Source: Octopus bimaculoides | Lineage: Eukaryota | NCBI RefSeq assembly: GCF_001194135.2 | Contig: NC_068996.1 | Location: 37,753,710-37,817,709 of the forward strand | Direction: 5' to 3' | Length of the DNA stretch: 64,000 nucleotides | In this document: piece after piece, positions 38,101 through 52,454 of the stretch | How positions within the stretch are numbered: the first letter of the stretch is position 1 | Layout of the letters: each line of letters begins with the position of its first letter | The notes under the pieces: generated by a model | What the model saw: the letters and a program-made list of their open reading frames with translations, nothing else | Database searches by the model: none | Told to the model about the DNA's origin: nothing | Program-made: the position numbers and the translations under genes

Positions 38101-41100
38101 GAAAATTTGTGAATATTTTGTAGTTTTCCACTCAGATTAGGAAGTTTTTTAGGTTTTTTTTGTCTGTAAAACAAAATGCTTCCTTTTGCTGAGTTTCCTG
38201 TTTTGCTCAATTCCCCATTTATGATAATCATTCAATTTTAAATTTTGCATTTGCAAAGTTATCAGTTTCCTTGGAAAAGTTATGTATAAAAAACTGGATC
38301 CATTTGAAAGAATAATGTTCCTGGAGAAGAATATAACCAATAGTGAAAGAGAGTACAATAGACGTAAAAAGGTGGGGGCAAAAAGAAGTGAATTATACTG
38401 CATCTGCTTTCTTAACACCACTGATGTAGCCATGTCAACACAGTCAACATTAGATGTGAAAAATATGGTGTCATCTGCTTCAAATCAACACACACATACA
38501 GAAGAAAAAACATTAACATATATCTATCTTCAGAGGTTGAGTCACTATGATGCTTCAGCAACAATCTGTTTGGTGGTCAAACTAAATAGCCACTTCTCAG
38601 AAGTGTTTAGCATTAGACATTCATTTCATGAAGTTTGCCTCTCTGTCCTCCTGTACGTTTTGGCTCTGGAGCCACTGCTGTAGATGATGGAAGCTTTAAT
38701 AGGACTCTCACTCAAGCAGAGTCACAGGAGAGCCATGTCTGCATACATAGATAATGTCTGCTACAACATCAAACACGTTAGCCTAAGGGGCAGTCAACAT
38801 CAGGAGTGTATGGAAGCAAACATCTACCAAGACAAGTTAGTGAGCTTGCAACTCAGTCCAAGAGAGGCACTTGCTAGACAGATGCAGTTTTTGTTGCTGG
38901 AGAGCCTTGTCAAGATGCTTGAAATTTGTTTCAGCCCAAACCTTCAGGTAGACAAGAACCAGGTAATAGTTGCAATCAGAGTAGCTAGTCTCTCTCAGAA
39001 ATAAGCCAAGAGAAGATTGTCCTCGAAAAGTTTGAACAGAAGTGCTTGACATTTATATCACCTCAGAAGTGTCCTTCTGTCTGTCCAATATACTTTGTCC
39101 AAAATGGAAAATCTGCTTTTCTTCTGGTCAGGAAATCCACCTCCTACAAACTCCCTATTGAGAATAGTCTCAGAACATTGTCACTAGTGATGCATAGGCA
39201 CACACTAAGGCAGACACATCTGCAGAAATGTCTGGACCACTGCAACAGTGACGACAAAAGCAAAAGTTAACTAGAATGGGCATCTTTTGTTTCTTTGACT
39301 GAAATCCAATAAAGGATTGAGCTTAAACTGAAGTTGGCCTTTTGGCGTCAAGAATGTTGCTAGACACTCACAGTACTCAGTAGCTTCAAACATTTTTGGC
39401 AGGAAAATAACCTTTGCTTTCTAAGGAAGCTTAGTGCAGGTATGAGTGACATTGACCTGGACTGACTCTGGGATGAGAACAATCTGATCATTCTGTTTTG
39501 GAGGACTTTCAAATCAAGGACTATGGACAACTTTAAAAAGTCCTTATCATGGCAGTGCTACAGTTGGGTATTGCCTCAATTCAACCTCTACATCACAGAA
39601 GCATCAATAAACAAGCCTGTATGAGATGTGTACAGGGTGACAAAACCTTCCTGCATGCTGTCATTCAGTGGTCCATGCATTACTGATTTATGGACTTGTT
39701 TCTAGCAGCTGCTGTTGCATATAGAATGAATCTAGCTATCATCTAAGTCTAGCAAAAATTGATGCACCACCTTTCTTTTGGTTGGTAAGAGTGGCTAGTC
39801 TTCCTCACTTTAGGAGCTATGGCAAAAGAGGTTGTGTGGGGGACTCATCTAGTTCTCATTAACTTCTCCAAGCACCACTTTAAGAGGAAGGTGTGAGTAG
39901 TGTGCTGTCTAGAGTGTTAACAAAAGGTAAATACTATCAACCTAGAGCTGTATAGTCTCTAGATTAGATAAACAGTAATCCCTCGACTATCGCAGGTGTT
40001 ACGTTCCAACCCCCCCCCCCACGATAGATGAAAATTCATGAAGTAGAAATAGCACTGTATTGTATTTTTTATTATTATTATTTTTTTATAATTTGTATAT
40101 ATTTATTTTATTATAAATGCAAAACAACAGCACAGTGGAATCGGTGTAAACTTAAATAACTGCAATAGGTGAACTGCAATATGGCAAGGGATTACTGTAA
40201 TTAAACCATCCAATGTTAAAAGATTCCTCATTTCTGATCTAAACTGTTGCTGTAGATAGTAGTTTTCTCTAAGAATTGCCCATCCCACCCACAGATATTA
40301 TTTAAGCAGTACTGCAACAAAGTACTTTTGAGGTATAGGGTATAAGTCCAAGACCTGTTGAAATTGGTGATGGTCTGCATTGGTAATGATTTAACCAGAC
40401 AATACCTTCAGCATTTATCTTTACACTTCATTGAAGAGTAAGAGATTGAAACAATAGGCTTTTCTCTTTCCATAGCAAATGAGTTTACATATATCCTACA
40501 ATACAAGACCAATTATCCAGCAATTTTAGGACTGGAAATGTCTCAGATATCTGGATTTTCCTGTTTTCTGCAGACAGTCTAAATATGTACTTGAAATATA
40601 AAATTATGAAAAGTAAAGAGCGAAATTGCATTTATCAGATTCGAATTAATACACTTTTAAAACAAGGTTTGTTTGATATTTCTTAATCCATTTGAAATTC
40701 TTAAAATATATTACACAGTACCATGTACACAGTAAAATATTTGTAGGAAGAAAAGTAAATGAAGAAAATTAAAGAACATTTTATTTAACAGATACTGGTG
40801 CAAACTAATACCATTCCAAAACAGAGTATGTTTAACCCTTTAGTGTTCACATTATTCTGCCATAATTAATGCTTTTTTATCCACATTGTTTTGAACTAAT
40901 CATGCATTATCTTGTAGCTATGAGATTTTGATGAGGTAGCTGTTAATCTTTAAAATGTTATTGTATGGTTGGTGTGAAAGACTAGATCTGGTCAGTTTGA
41001 ACATAGAATAGGCAGAATACTTTTGGCTAGATATGGCCGGTTTAAATGCTAAAGGGTTAATCTTTATCAAACCACTTAAAAAAGTGAAGAGCAAAATTGC

Positions 41101-44100
41101 TTTCAACACACAACATACAAAGTCTGTTTACTCAATACAGGGTACTGTGTATTACACAATATTGCATAGTATTTCCAGATTTCTGGAAGCCAGATAAGAG
41201 GTCCTGTACTGTACAAACTTACCTTTGCATTTTTCACTGTTCTTTTGTTTTGTTTTTTAATAAAGCCTACTTTGCTATTTCAACTTTTGTTACTTCATCT
41301 AGCTGGTGTCTCAACTTAGTCTCATCCAATCTGAAGTCGCACAAAGTGTTCTTGAGATGACAAAGGCACACAAAATCTACATTGCAGATGAGACACAGAC
41401 AAACGATGCCAAACAAAAAGCAATGGAGGCTGATGAAAAGTAATTTACATTTTCCATGTTTCTTTTTGAACCTTTATATTGTTAATGACTGTGTTTTTTT
41501 TAGCTTTACATCAGCCTTGATCAAAGGTATTCCATCCATGACGATTCCATCACATTCTCAGGCATAGTATACGAGGGTCACATTATCCAGTGATGTCTTC
41601 CTATTTAGTTTGTTGAGTGTGATTTGAGAGAGATTTGCCTGTTATTTCTTGCATGACAAAACGACCATATAGGGACTCCCTCATGGGTTTGTGTAATCTT
41701 CATCTAGAAAGTATGTGTCAGAGATAGGGAGAGAGAGAGAAAAAGATAGAATCAGATAGACAAGCACTCACAGAGAGAAATGAAGAATTTCATAGATAAA
41801 TTCATAAACAAATATAAAATTCTTGTTTCTTTCTACATTTTAGAGGTCAAGATTTTTTTTTTTCTGTTCAAGATTAAGATACTTTGTATATAGTACAAAT
41901 GTGTATCTATTGTCTGTATAAGCTAACATTGTTGATGCAGATATCAGTTATATTTCAGGAGTTCCTTAACCTTCCTCTCTTTCTTTCATCTGGGGATTTC
42001 CATCTACGGAACTGCCTCATGATGTTGTGATGGGGGCCTCTTAAGAGTGTATCCAATCCAGTACCCCTTTCTTCATTCGATCTCCAGTGGTAATCTTCAT
42101 GACCACTCTGGGGCACTAATTCAGTTGTCAAAAGCCTCTAATGTCCTGCTTGGAGCCATTGTATTTCACTCAGTTCCAGAATGGTCATGTATCTCTTTCA
42201 CTTAGCACTATTTAACCACTTTCACATATGATTCTGATGTTCCACAAACCAATGTGGATTATTGATTTTACTGTGCCTTTATTGCTGTTTGTCAGGAAGG
42301 ATATCAGTTGTGCAGAGTTTGTTTTGTTGTTGTTTTTTTTTTGTTTTTTTTTTATCCTTTTTTTTTAAATCTTTTTTTTTCCATCTTTGATCTGCCGTGA
42401 TACATTCTTACTTTGCACCATTCTTCTGACCCACAGAACTGTGACATTTGCTTTGGTTTATTTGTTGATGTTTTTGTAGCCAATATAGTTTGTTGGTTTT
42501 TTTTCTATAAAATGTGACTGCTAAATCCACACCAAACAACAAACCAGGAAGATAATAGACTGCTCTTTTCCCTGGTTTCTACTCTTTGAGCTTCCCAGTG
42601 TGATTTAATTTGCCATGGAGCTTATTTTCCCCACATGTATAGCTCAAAAGCATACAAGTTCCCTAACCATGTTTAGGTAAACAGTCAATGAAGTAGCATT
42701 TGTTGATGCTTTTTCTGTTTTACCATGGGATAATCTAGAGTAAGCATTACAAGTTAACAACATATTAACTAAAAAGTAAAGTCATCTTCTAAAAAAATCC
42801 TTTTATAAACTGTTTGCTTGGTTGTGTACCTAAGGAGTTCTCTTCACAACCACTTGGACCCAAGTTCAATCTTACCATATAGCAAGTTGGTAAATGTCTT
42901 CTACCATAACTTCAAGTTGACCAATACTTTCTGAGTGGAAGTTGGGTGATGGAAAATATGTGGAAGCTCATCATTGTGTGTTTGTGTGTGTATGCATGTT
43001 CATATCTTACTCTGATGTTTATTATTATTAAAACACCTAAACACTGGTAAAACTGTCACTCCTCAAATGAAGTTACAAACACCCCTTAGTCACTGTCACT
43101 GATAGAAATGCAGTGAACCAATGATTGACTTATTTCAAAACATGTATCCAATGACAATATGATTCACAAATTGCAATGTAAAAGTAAATAATAATAATAA
43201 TGATAATGATAATAATAAGAACAATAGTAACAATAATCCTTTCTTCTAAAGGCACACAGCCTGAATTTTGTAGGGATGGGGATGTGTCGATTACATCGAT
43301 CCCAGTATTTCACTGGTACTTAATTTATTGACCCTGAAAGGATGAAAGGCAAGGCACAAGGCCTGAAATTTTAGGCGAGGGTGCTAGTTGATAACATCAC
43401 CCCCAGTGCACAACTGTTAATTATTTCATCAACACCCTGAAAGGATGAAAGGCAAAGTCAAATTTGGTAGCCTTTGAATTCAAAACGTAAAGATAAATGA
43501 AATACAGCTAAGCATTTTGCCCAGCGTGCAAACAATTCTGCCAGCTCATTGCCTTAATAATAATTGATAACTAATCTTGCTTGAATTAATGTTGCTTAAT
43601 GATAATTAATGTTGCTTGAGTTGTCATACTTCAGACTCAGTGAGGAACCATATCATGGCTAAATAAACTGCTTAACGACAGTAGCCATGCTTGGACTCTT
43701 CTCAAGACTCACTGTAAGATGCCTGTAATGGGTTTTTTCTATGAGCATACAGAAAACAAATTAAATACTATTGTTGAGTGGTATTTAATCAATCTATTTA
43801 CACTAATGTAACATAATTTATGCTGTACTGTATTCTTCTTGGCTTGGCTTTATGAGCAAAGATTTCCAGAAGAGGATGTCCATATCTGTTGCAAGCTTGC
43901 TGATGCCTGACAGGTCCAATTCAGGACAAACAGGCCTAACTGCAGAAGCTGCATGGTAAGGTGGGCTGGTCAAGGTTGGTTTTAATGCCCTTGTTTTTCC
44001 TCCTTTTTCTCTTGCCTGCAAAGATGGTTCTGTGGTGTCTTCAAAGGAGACTGTTGCCCAGAGAGTAAAGAGATGCTAGGCATCGTGGTCAGTGACCAGA

Positions 44101-44989
44101 ACAGACCACTGGTGGGGATCAATGTGGTAGTCACCAAGGGATTTCCTTAGGGAATCTTTGTATGTTTTCTTTGATACTCCTCTGTTGTGGTGACCAGAGA
44201 AGAGTTAACCATGTAGTGTGATCATAGGAAGTTGATGATCGTCCATCCTGGCAACGTGTCCTGCCCAGTGTAGCTGTGTTTTCAGCAAAGTTACTTCAAT
44301 GCTGGTGACCTTTACCTGCTCTAGGACCTTAATGTTAGTGGCAAAGTCACTTGAATGGATGTTGAGGTTGATGCATATCATAGAAGTAAATGTGTGGTTT
44401 AAAGAGCCTTCTTTTTTCTGTTGAATTTCTTGAAATTGAGACAAATTTGGTTTTATGTGCCATGCTAAATTAGTGTAACTATAAGAAAATATGGTAAAAT
44501 ATTACCCAAAATTCATTTCTTTTTTAGTCATCCTTTGTCTTCAAAGATGACCAAGACTCCACCTCTTATGCACCACAGCTGAAGATTCATAACTATTGAT
44601 GTCTATACAATACCTTTGTCATGAAACATACAAATGTTTATTGTTTTTTTTCTTTTAATGAATTTTTTATAATTCTTATCTTTTTATTTTATTGTCTTTT
44701 TTATTGCACAGGTTGAAAAGAAAATCCGTTGGATTTTTCAAAAGTATGACTAGTTTACAACGTAACTGTTCAAAGGTGAGTTTGTTGGTTCACATTTGTT
44801 GCCTGATTTTCTGAAAGTTTTAAATATTTTCTATATGCAGTTGTGTGGTCGAGAAGCTTGCTTCTCAACCATGTGGTCTTGAGTTCAGTCCCACTGCATG
44901 GCACCTTGAGCAAGTGTTTCCTAAAACAGCACCCCCAGCCAACCAAAACCATGAGAGTAAATTTTGTATACAGAAACTGAAAGATGCCT

Positions 44990-45070
<81 letters not shown>

Positions 45071-45086
45071 TTGTGTGTGTGTACGT

Positions 45087-45167
<81 letters not shown>

Positions 45168-48100
45168 CCACACCACTGCTTGACAACCAGTGTTTTATTT
45201 ATTTATGTCCCTGTAACTTTGCAGTTTAACAAAAGAGACTGACAATAAGTATCAAGCTTAAAAAATAAAGAGTGGGGTTAGCTTGTTTGCCTAAATGTTT
45301 CAAAGTGATGGCCCCTGCATGGCCACAATCTAAAGACTGAACCAAGTAAAAGATAAAAGATTTTTTAAAAAACTTCCCTTGTTCAAAACGAATCATTAAT
45401 ATGCTTCAGTTCCTCAAGATGCATTACAAACTTGTAATTTGCTCTGTTTTATTGCAGAAGACATCTTTTGACATGTTTGCCATGTAATTTATCACTTCAC
45501 ATTTTTCAACTCATAAATATATTTCATTTACTTACTCTTCAACAACCTTTGTGTTTTGCTCTCTATATCCTCAGCTAACAACTCGATATGAACAATGTGC
45601 TACAAAATCTACCGCATCAAGAAATGAATACTTACTTTGCCAATCAGCTGCCAATGCTCACCAAATACGATATTACAGTGTGGATTTACCTGAACTTATG
45701 AAGGTAAAACATCCTACCAGTCATTTTTTATTGATGTATTTGCATTGCAGTAATTTAATATACAGCTTGCTGTCATGGCTTTAGTTGCTTTTGTTTTTAT
45801 ATTTACATCTCTTAAATCAACTTCCAGTACTTAATTGGCATGTTTTTGACTCCAATGTTTGATTGATATTTTATTTTTTCAACTTTCATTCAATGAAAGT
45901 TAAAGACGAACTTGGCAGAACCTAAAAACTGGTCTCAGTCATTTTATCTGGTGCTGTAATGGTTCTGCTGATTCACTGCCCATGTCAGATGAAGTCTGGT
46001 CTAACGGAACATGAGCCAGTTATTTCCTAGCACTTTACTATTTCCTTTGTTACAAATCCACTTAAATCTTAGTTTACACTTTGTTGTATACTATTCACAC
46101 CGGAAGGAACAATTGATTGGTGTATGTAGTAGAGACACTGAATAATGCTTTCAAATTCTGGAATAAAGCCAACAATTTCAGGGGAGTAGGTAGATTGATT
46201 AGATCAACCCTATTGCGCAACTGGTACTTGTTTTATCAACCCCAAAAGGATGAAAGGCAAAGTTGACCTCAGCAGAATTTGAACTCAGAATGTAGAGACA
46301 GACAAAATGCTGCTAAGCATTTTGCCCAGCATGCTAACGCTTCTGCTAGCTCGCTACCTTAGAGGTGCTGAATAATGATGAATGTTTTGTTAATTAATTA
46401 TAGATGTTTTCGATCTAGTTTGGATTCTTTGCCATCAAATTTGAATTCTTTGCAATCAAATTTGAATTCCTTGCAATCAAATTTAATGGCAAAGAATTCA
46501 AATTTGATGGCAAAGAATCCAAACTAGATTGAAAACGTCTATGATAGTATCTTTCCATGATCATACAGAAGATAAATTAGATATCACTGCTGAGTGGTAA
46601 TTAATGGATGATTTTGCACTAATATATAATATAATATAATATAATATACACTCTACTGTATATCATAAAGAATTCCTTGATAAACAGAATTTCTTGAAAT
46701 AAGGACAAATTTGGTTCTATGTATCATGCTAAATTAATGTAACTATAAGAGAATAAGGTAAAATAATATCCTTACTTGTTCGTCCTTTGTTTTTGAAGAT
46801 TACAAAGGATCTGTTTGTTATGTACCATAACAGAAGATCCATAACTACTCCTGCTTAAACCATACCTTTGGGATGAAACTATGGCAGCAACATTATTTCA
46901 TTATCACAGACACCACAATGCAAGTTCCACCATCTGTTTGTAGTTTCAAACAAATTAAGAGATCTGATTTATATTGAACTTGGGTTATAGTGAGGGATTT
47001 ATTCCTGACTTTCTGGACCAGTGGCAAGGCAGCCTAAAACTGAGTTGGGGATATATCAGAAATGCACCGAGGTAACCAAGGTGATCGCTGAGTCTCACTG
47101 TGATTTGTAGCATGCATTCACATTCCCCACAGCAACATTGCTTAATATCACCTTTCTGTCACAGAAATTTGATCATTGATGGTTAGATTTCCTTTACAAC
47201 CTGTCAAAGACCCAGTCTTTACATGTATCTTAAGCATCTCAGTTTATCTGGCCTTTGACAGATTTGGTTTTTCTTCATGCCATAGACTGTCCAAAATTAC
47301 TCTTCTTGCAAGGTAGGTTTGGTGAAGTTGCTGGTTTAGTCACTGACAAACTAACTATACAACAGGTTGTACTGAGCTACATGCTTCCATTAGCCCTTGC
47401 TAGTCTTTTTGTCTTGTCTTGTAATGATATTCACCCTGGAAGGGTTAAGCTGGCTCCCATTGAGTTCATCATTATGATTTCATAGGAGTTTCAAGGGATG
47501 ATCAGAGTCTGCAAAAACAGTTCCTGTCTGTATTCATAAGCTACTATACATGACCAGTAGCAGGTCATCCTCATAATACGCCTTCTCACCACAGGATTCC
47601 CACAGATACAATCCAATGGCACCAGGAAGCCGCTGGATTCCAGAACAGATGCCACCGGGAATTCACCATTGCCCTCCAGTTAGCTGGATTGCAGCCCTAG
47701 CACCACCAGTCTCAGACCTGTCTACCTTGGGTGACCCTACTTGGGACATGTAGTCCCTGGTGGCATTGCTCTGACACTCATTTAACTTTTCCACCATGAT
47801 AAGGTAAAGGGTTGGACTTTGAGAAAGGAGCCCTTACAAGTGAGCTGATCTCATTCCTTTACAAGATGTATGATTACTTAATTCCATATTAGAGATCTTT
47901 TTTTTAACATATTTAAATTCAACCTACACAAAGGAACGTCTATACAATAACTTGTTGACCTACTAGAAATAGCAGCCAAGTCTCCCACAAATAATACCCT
48001 ACCATCTTAAAAGAAGGGCACATTGAAAAATGTTGCCCTAAATATACTATCTGCATAAAATATGAGATGTTCACATCTGGAATGTCTTTAGAAAATATGT

Positions 48101-51100
48101 TTACAAGACCTGTAAGAAGTAAAGAAAAGTAGATTTGTTTCTTTGTCTTTCTGCTCACAAAGAGATAAGCCTGTGGCGTAATCACATTGTTTACTTTTCA
48201 AAGCAAGGCTAAATTGCAAGCTTATTGAAAAGAAAGTATACTTTACATTTCTAAGAAAGAAAAAGACATGCTTAGTAGTTTGCTATTAAATTGATTAATA
48301 TCTAATCTTATATTATTTTGACAATACAACTTCATTCTAAAACAGTCTGTCTGAGACAAAACTCTGATAAAGAAAATTAATTTTCTAGTAACTTAATCCT
48401 TTTGTCTTGCATCTATGAGAATACTGTTTAGTTATTTAATTGCACTCCTGGGGAGATTGAAGTTATTGATAAAGCTAATTAGTGAAATTACATTTTTATT
48501 TTAATGAGTAGAGCAATGAACCAAGATATGTGGTGCATTGCTGTACTCAAGAAGTCCCACTCACCTCAACAGAAATGAGATCCTAAAGGTGCTACATAAA
48601 GAGCATTGTTGTGAGTGCTGGTGCCATGTAAAAAGCATTGGTGATGGTGTTACATAAAAAGCACTGGTGCTGGTGCCATGCAAAAAAAACACTGGTGATA
48701 GTGTTAGGAAGGGCATCCAGCTGTAAAAACCAAGCCAAAATAGATTATGAACCCTGGTGCAGACCCTGGCCTTGCCAGTTCCTATCAAACCATCTAACTC
48801 ATGCCAGCATGGAAAATGGACACTAAATGGTCGTGGGGGTGGCGGCAGCAGCGGTGGTGGTGGTATCCTTATCCTTATTATGTTGATGCTGTTTTGCTTT
48901 GGGTTAGTCCTCAAGCACACCTATGACCAAAAGGTCATGACCATATTATTCTTATTAATATTAGATTAGCAGAATTGCTGATGTAGAGCAAAATGTTATG
49001 ACCCTTTCGTGTTCTGAGTTCAAATCACACTGAAGTTGACTTTACCTTTCATCCTTCTGTGGACAAGTCAAAAAAGTACCAGTCAAGTAATAGGGTTCGT
49101 TTATTTGCCTCTACTTTCTCAAAACATTTTTGGCATTTACTGTAATCATAATTCTGATTACTGCTGGTCTATGTTTTCTTTCATCTTATCCCCATATCAA
49201 CCACTGTTGGAATTTCATCCTGACTCATAACTTCATCCTTAAAAGTAAGTTGTATGGAATCACTTTTAATGTTCTAGTGGAGATAATCCACAAGTTTAAT
49301 GGCACTATTTCTTCTAATGTGAAATCTATCAATCTGAAAGAAACAACATTTTGGAATTTGTCACCAAAAAGTTACCAAAATTGAAGTTACTATTCATTCT
49401 CAAGGATCTGCCAAGCACAAATAAGATCTTCCAGCTGATGGAGGCTACAAAAAATGTTTAACAACAGAAACATTGAAACGTTCTCTGCCATTTTCCTCTC
49501 TTTTCCTTAGCGTTTTTCTTTCTCTGTTGTTCTTTTTCTTCACATATATAAAGGAAAACAAATAACTTTTCTCATCTGTTTTAGCATTCCTGCTTCACAC
49601 AGATAATTAAATTGATTAAATTAGTAAATAAATCAATACTCCTTCAATTAGTGATAAATTCTACTACTATCAGACAACTAATGATCTCGAAAATGTCTCT
49701 GGCTATAGGTATATGAATATGTTTGTGTGCAGTCAGAAGGAATATACATAGGTATTTGTTCCTTTTTATGTCTATACTGTAAGTGTTGCAAACACGTGGT
49801 AGTTCCAGAATTTCTTTCAGTTTCTGTGTAGAAATCTCATTCTCTGTGATATAAGTCGCATGACAAACATAACAGAAAAAAAAATGAATCCATTACAAAG
49901 ATGAGTTACTATCTTTATTCATTAATAGAATCTTGACTATTTTATTTGTATTTATATTTTGTTCTTTCCTTGTAGGCCTTGGATGGTGAAGTGTATGAAA
50001 GAATTCAAGATTATTTCACTATCCACACTAGCACAAGTGCTGAAGTTAGTGCCATTGAGACGAACTGCTTTCAAAAGCTGTCACATGAAGCTGAGAAGGT
50101 AATGTCCCAGAATATTACTTTATATGTTATTTGTATTAATTCTATCCACATCATTATAATAATAATAATAATAATAATAATAATTAATTCGTTTTATTGG
50201 CCACAAGGGCTAATATCAATTAAAAACATGTAAGGACAAAGACAGGACGAAGGTTACAAAAGGTTTTGTTCGAAAAGGTAGGAAAGTTCGTCTAAACAGA
50301 GGAAGAAAACGGAGAAAGATATAATAAATAAATAGATAAATAAATAAATAGAACTCCCAAAGGGGGGAGGCGCTTCGAAAAAGGAAAGGTTAGAGCCAGA
50401 GATAATGCCTGAATGGCTCACAGAAGGGAAAACTATCCTAATTCCCAAATCTGCTGAAGTGGCAAACCCACAAATTAGAGACTGATAACTTGTCTTCCTA
50501 CATTTTACAAAGCCTTTACTGCAATAATATTGCAGAGAATGAGCAAACATCTGAAAGGAAACAACCTGTTTCCAGAAGAGCAGAAGGGATGCTGCAAGAG
50601 CTCAGCTACTGATCAATAAAGCCATAACTAAAGACAGCCGCAGAAAGAAGGGTCTAAATATGGCCTGGATCAACTACCAAAAGGCTTTTGATAGTATTCC
50701 ACATACATGATCCTAGAAACACTAGTCATGAACAAGGTAGCACCAATAATCATGAAATATATCAAACATTCCATGAATAAATGGCAGGCACTGCTACAGC
50801 TCCAGACAAAAGAGGGACTCATAAAAGCCATTAGAAGAGTAATGTTCCAGGGAGATACGCTCTCTCCACTCCTTTTCTGCTTGGCACTGACATCTTTATC
50901 TGACATGCTAAACAGAACTGGATGTGGATACAACTGTTACGTCAAAACAATCAGCCACCTCTTATATATGGATGATCTAAAACTGTATGCTACAAATGAT
51001 AAAGAGCTGGAAACATTACTACAGACAGTACATGGATTTACCAAAGAAATAAACATGAAATTTGGCTTAGAAAAATGTACTAAAGCAACCTTGAAAAGAT

Positions 51101-52398
51101 GAAACCTAGTTAAGAGTCGCAACAACACATCAGATAAAGCAAATGAAATAAGAGAATTAGACTAAAGCCAGACATACAATTACTTAGGAATCAATGAACT
51201 AGATATGACACAACACACACAAATGAAAGAGAAGATAAGAAAAGAATACTATAGATGAGTTAGATTAATACTGAAAACAGAGCTCAATGCCAAAAATAAG
51301 ATAATAGGTATCACCACTCTAGTCCTCCCAGTTATAAGTTACAGATACAATATTCTTAACTGGACTCTAAATGAACTAATCAAAATAGACAGGAAGACAA
51401 GAAAAATAATGACAGGATTTAGGATGCATTACCCAAAATTTGACATAGAAAGGTTCTATATGATGTATCAAAAGTGATAGAGGCCTTATACAACTAGAAA
51501 ATTATTACAAAATAACTACCATAGGACTACAGAAATACCTACTTCAGTAGCAAGGAAAACTAATACAAATAGCTATAAAACATGAACAAAACATAAAACT
51601 GTTTTCAGTCTTTAAGGAAGCTGACAAATACAAAAAAGAAGTCACAATACCTAACAACTATGAACAAAAAGAAGAAACCAAAAAAGTTGTAAAACAACTG
51701 AAATCCAAACTAAAACTAGAACAGCAACAGATCATAATAAAACGATGGCAAGAAAAGCCCCTTCATGGCAAATACTGGGTTAAACTAAACAGAAAAGAAA
51801 TAGACAAAGCAAAATCCCAACAATGGCTGAGAAGCTCAGAACTCAAAGCAGAGACTGAAGGATTTAGAATCTTCCCCTACCCAGCCTCCTTTTATAGACA
51901 GTTACTCTATATCCAATTGACTACCCCTAATGTCTTCTTTCCTCCCTGAGGAAAAGGGATACTTATGACAACATTTATGACCATACCTAGCCATGAGCTG
52001 TCAACTCACTCTTGTCCTTCATTCCAAACAGACACAGTCCTCTAGTCTTACATTTAGTAGTTGATAAAGAGATAAATGTAACACATGTAAAGAACAGAGA
52101 AGTCTCTTTAGCTTTGGTTGAAAAACCTCCCTCTAGATTGTGTATCAAATAAAGGACTCTAAATACAAGCTACAATCCTTTCATAAATACTTATTCAGGA
52201 CTTAGAAAAGGTGACAAAATGTCAACTAATAACAATTTGGAAAGAATGTGGTGTTAACATGGAATAAGAATTCCTAAGAGCTAGTGAGAATAAATGTAAA
52301 ATAAAGACAAATCAGCACCAGTTGTATTATGAATACTGTCCTACAGATTTGAAGAAACGGTGTCATGATTGCAATAGAAGAGTAATAGAGTGGTTTTG

Positions 52399-52454
<56 letters not shown>

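Noticed and set aside
38282-39270. Consecutive + ORFs as a host gene
   Set aside because: They are broken pieces of a Tx1/L1 reverse transcriptase.
44420-46880. Two similar ~220-bp blocks (~44420-44625, ~46690-46880) as a local duplication of exons 7-8
   Set aside because: The blocks are diverged, contain no exon sequence and look like independent copies of an old dispersed repeat.
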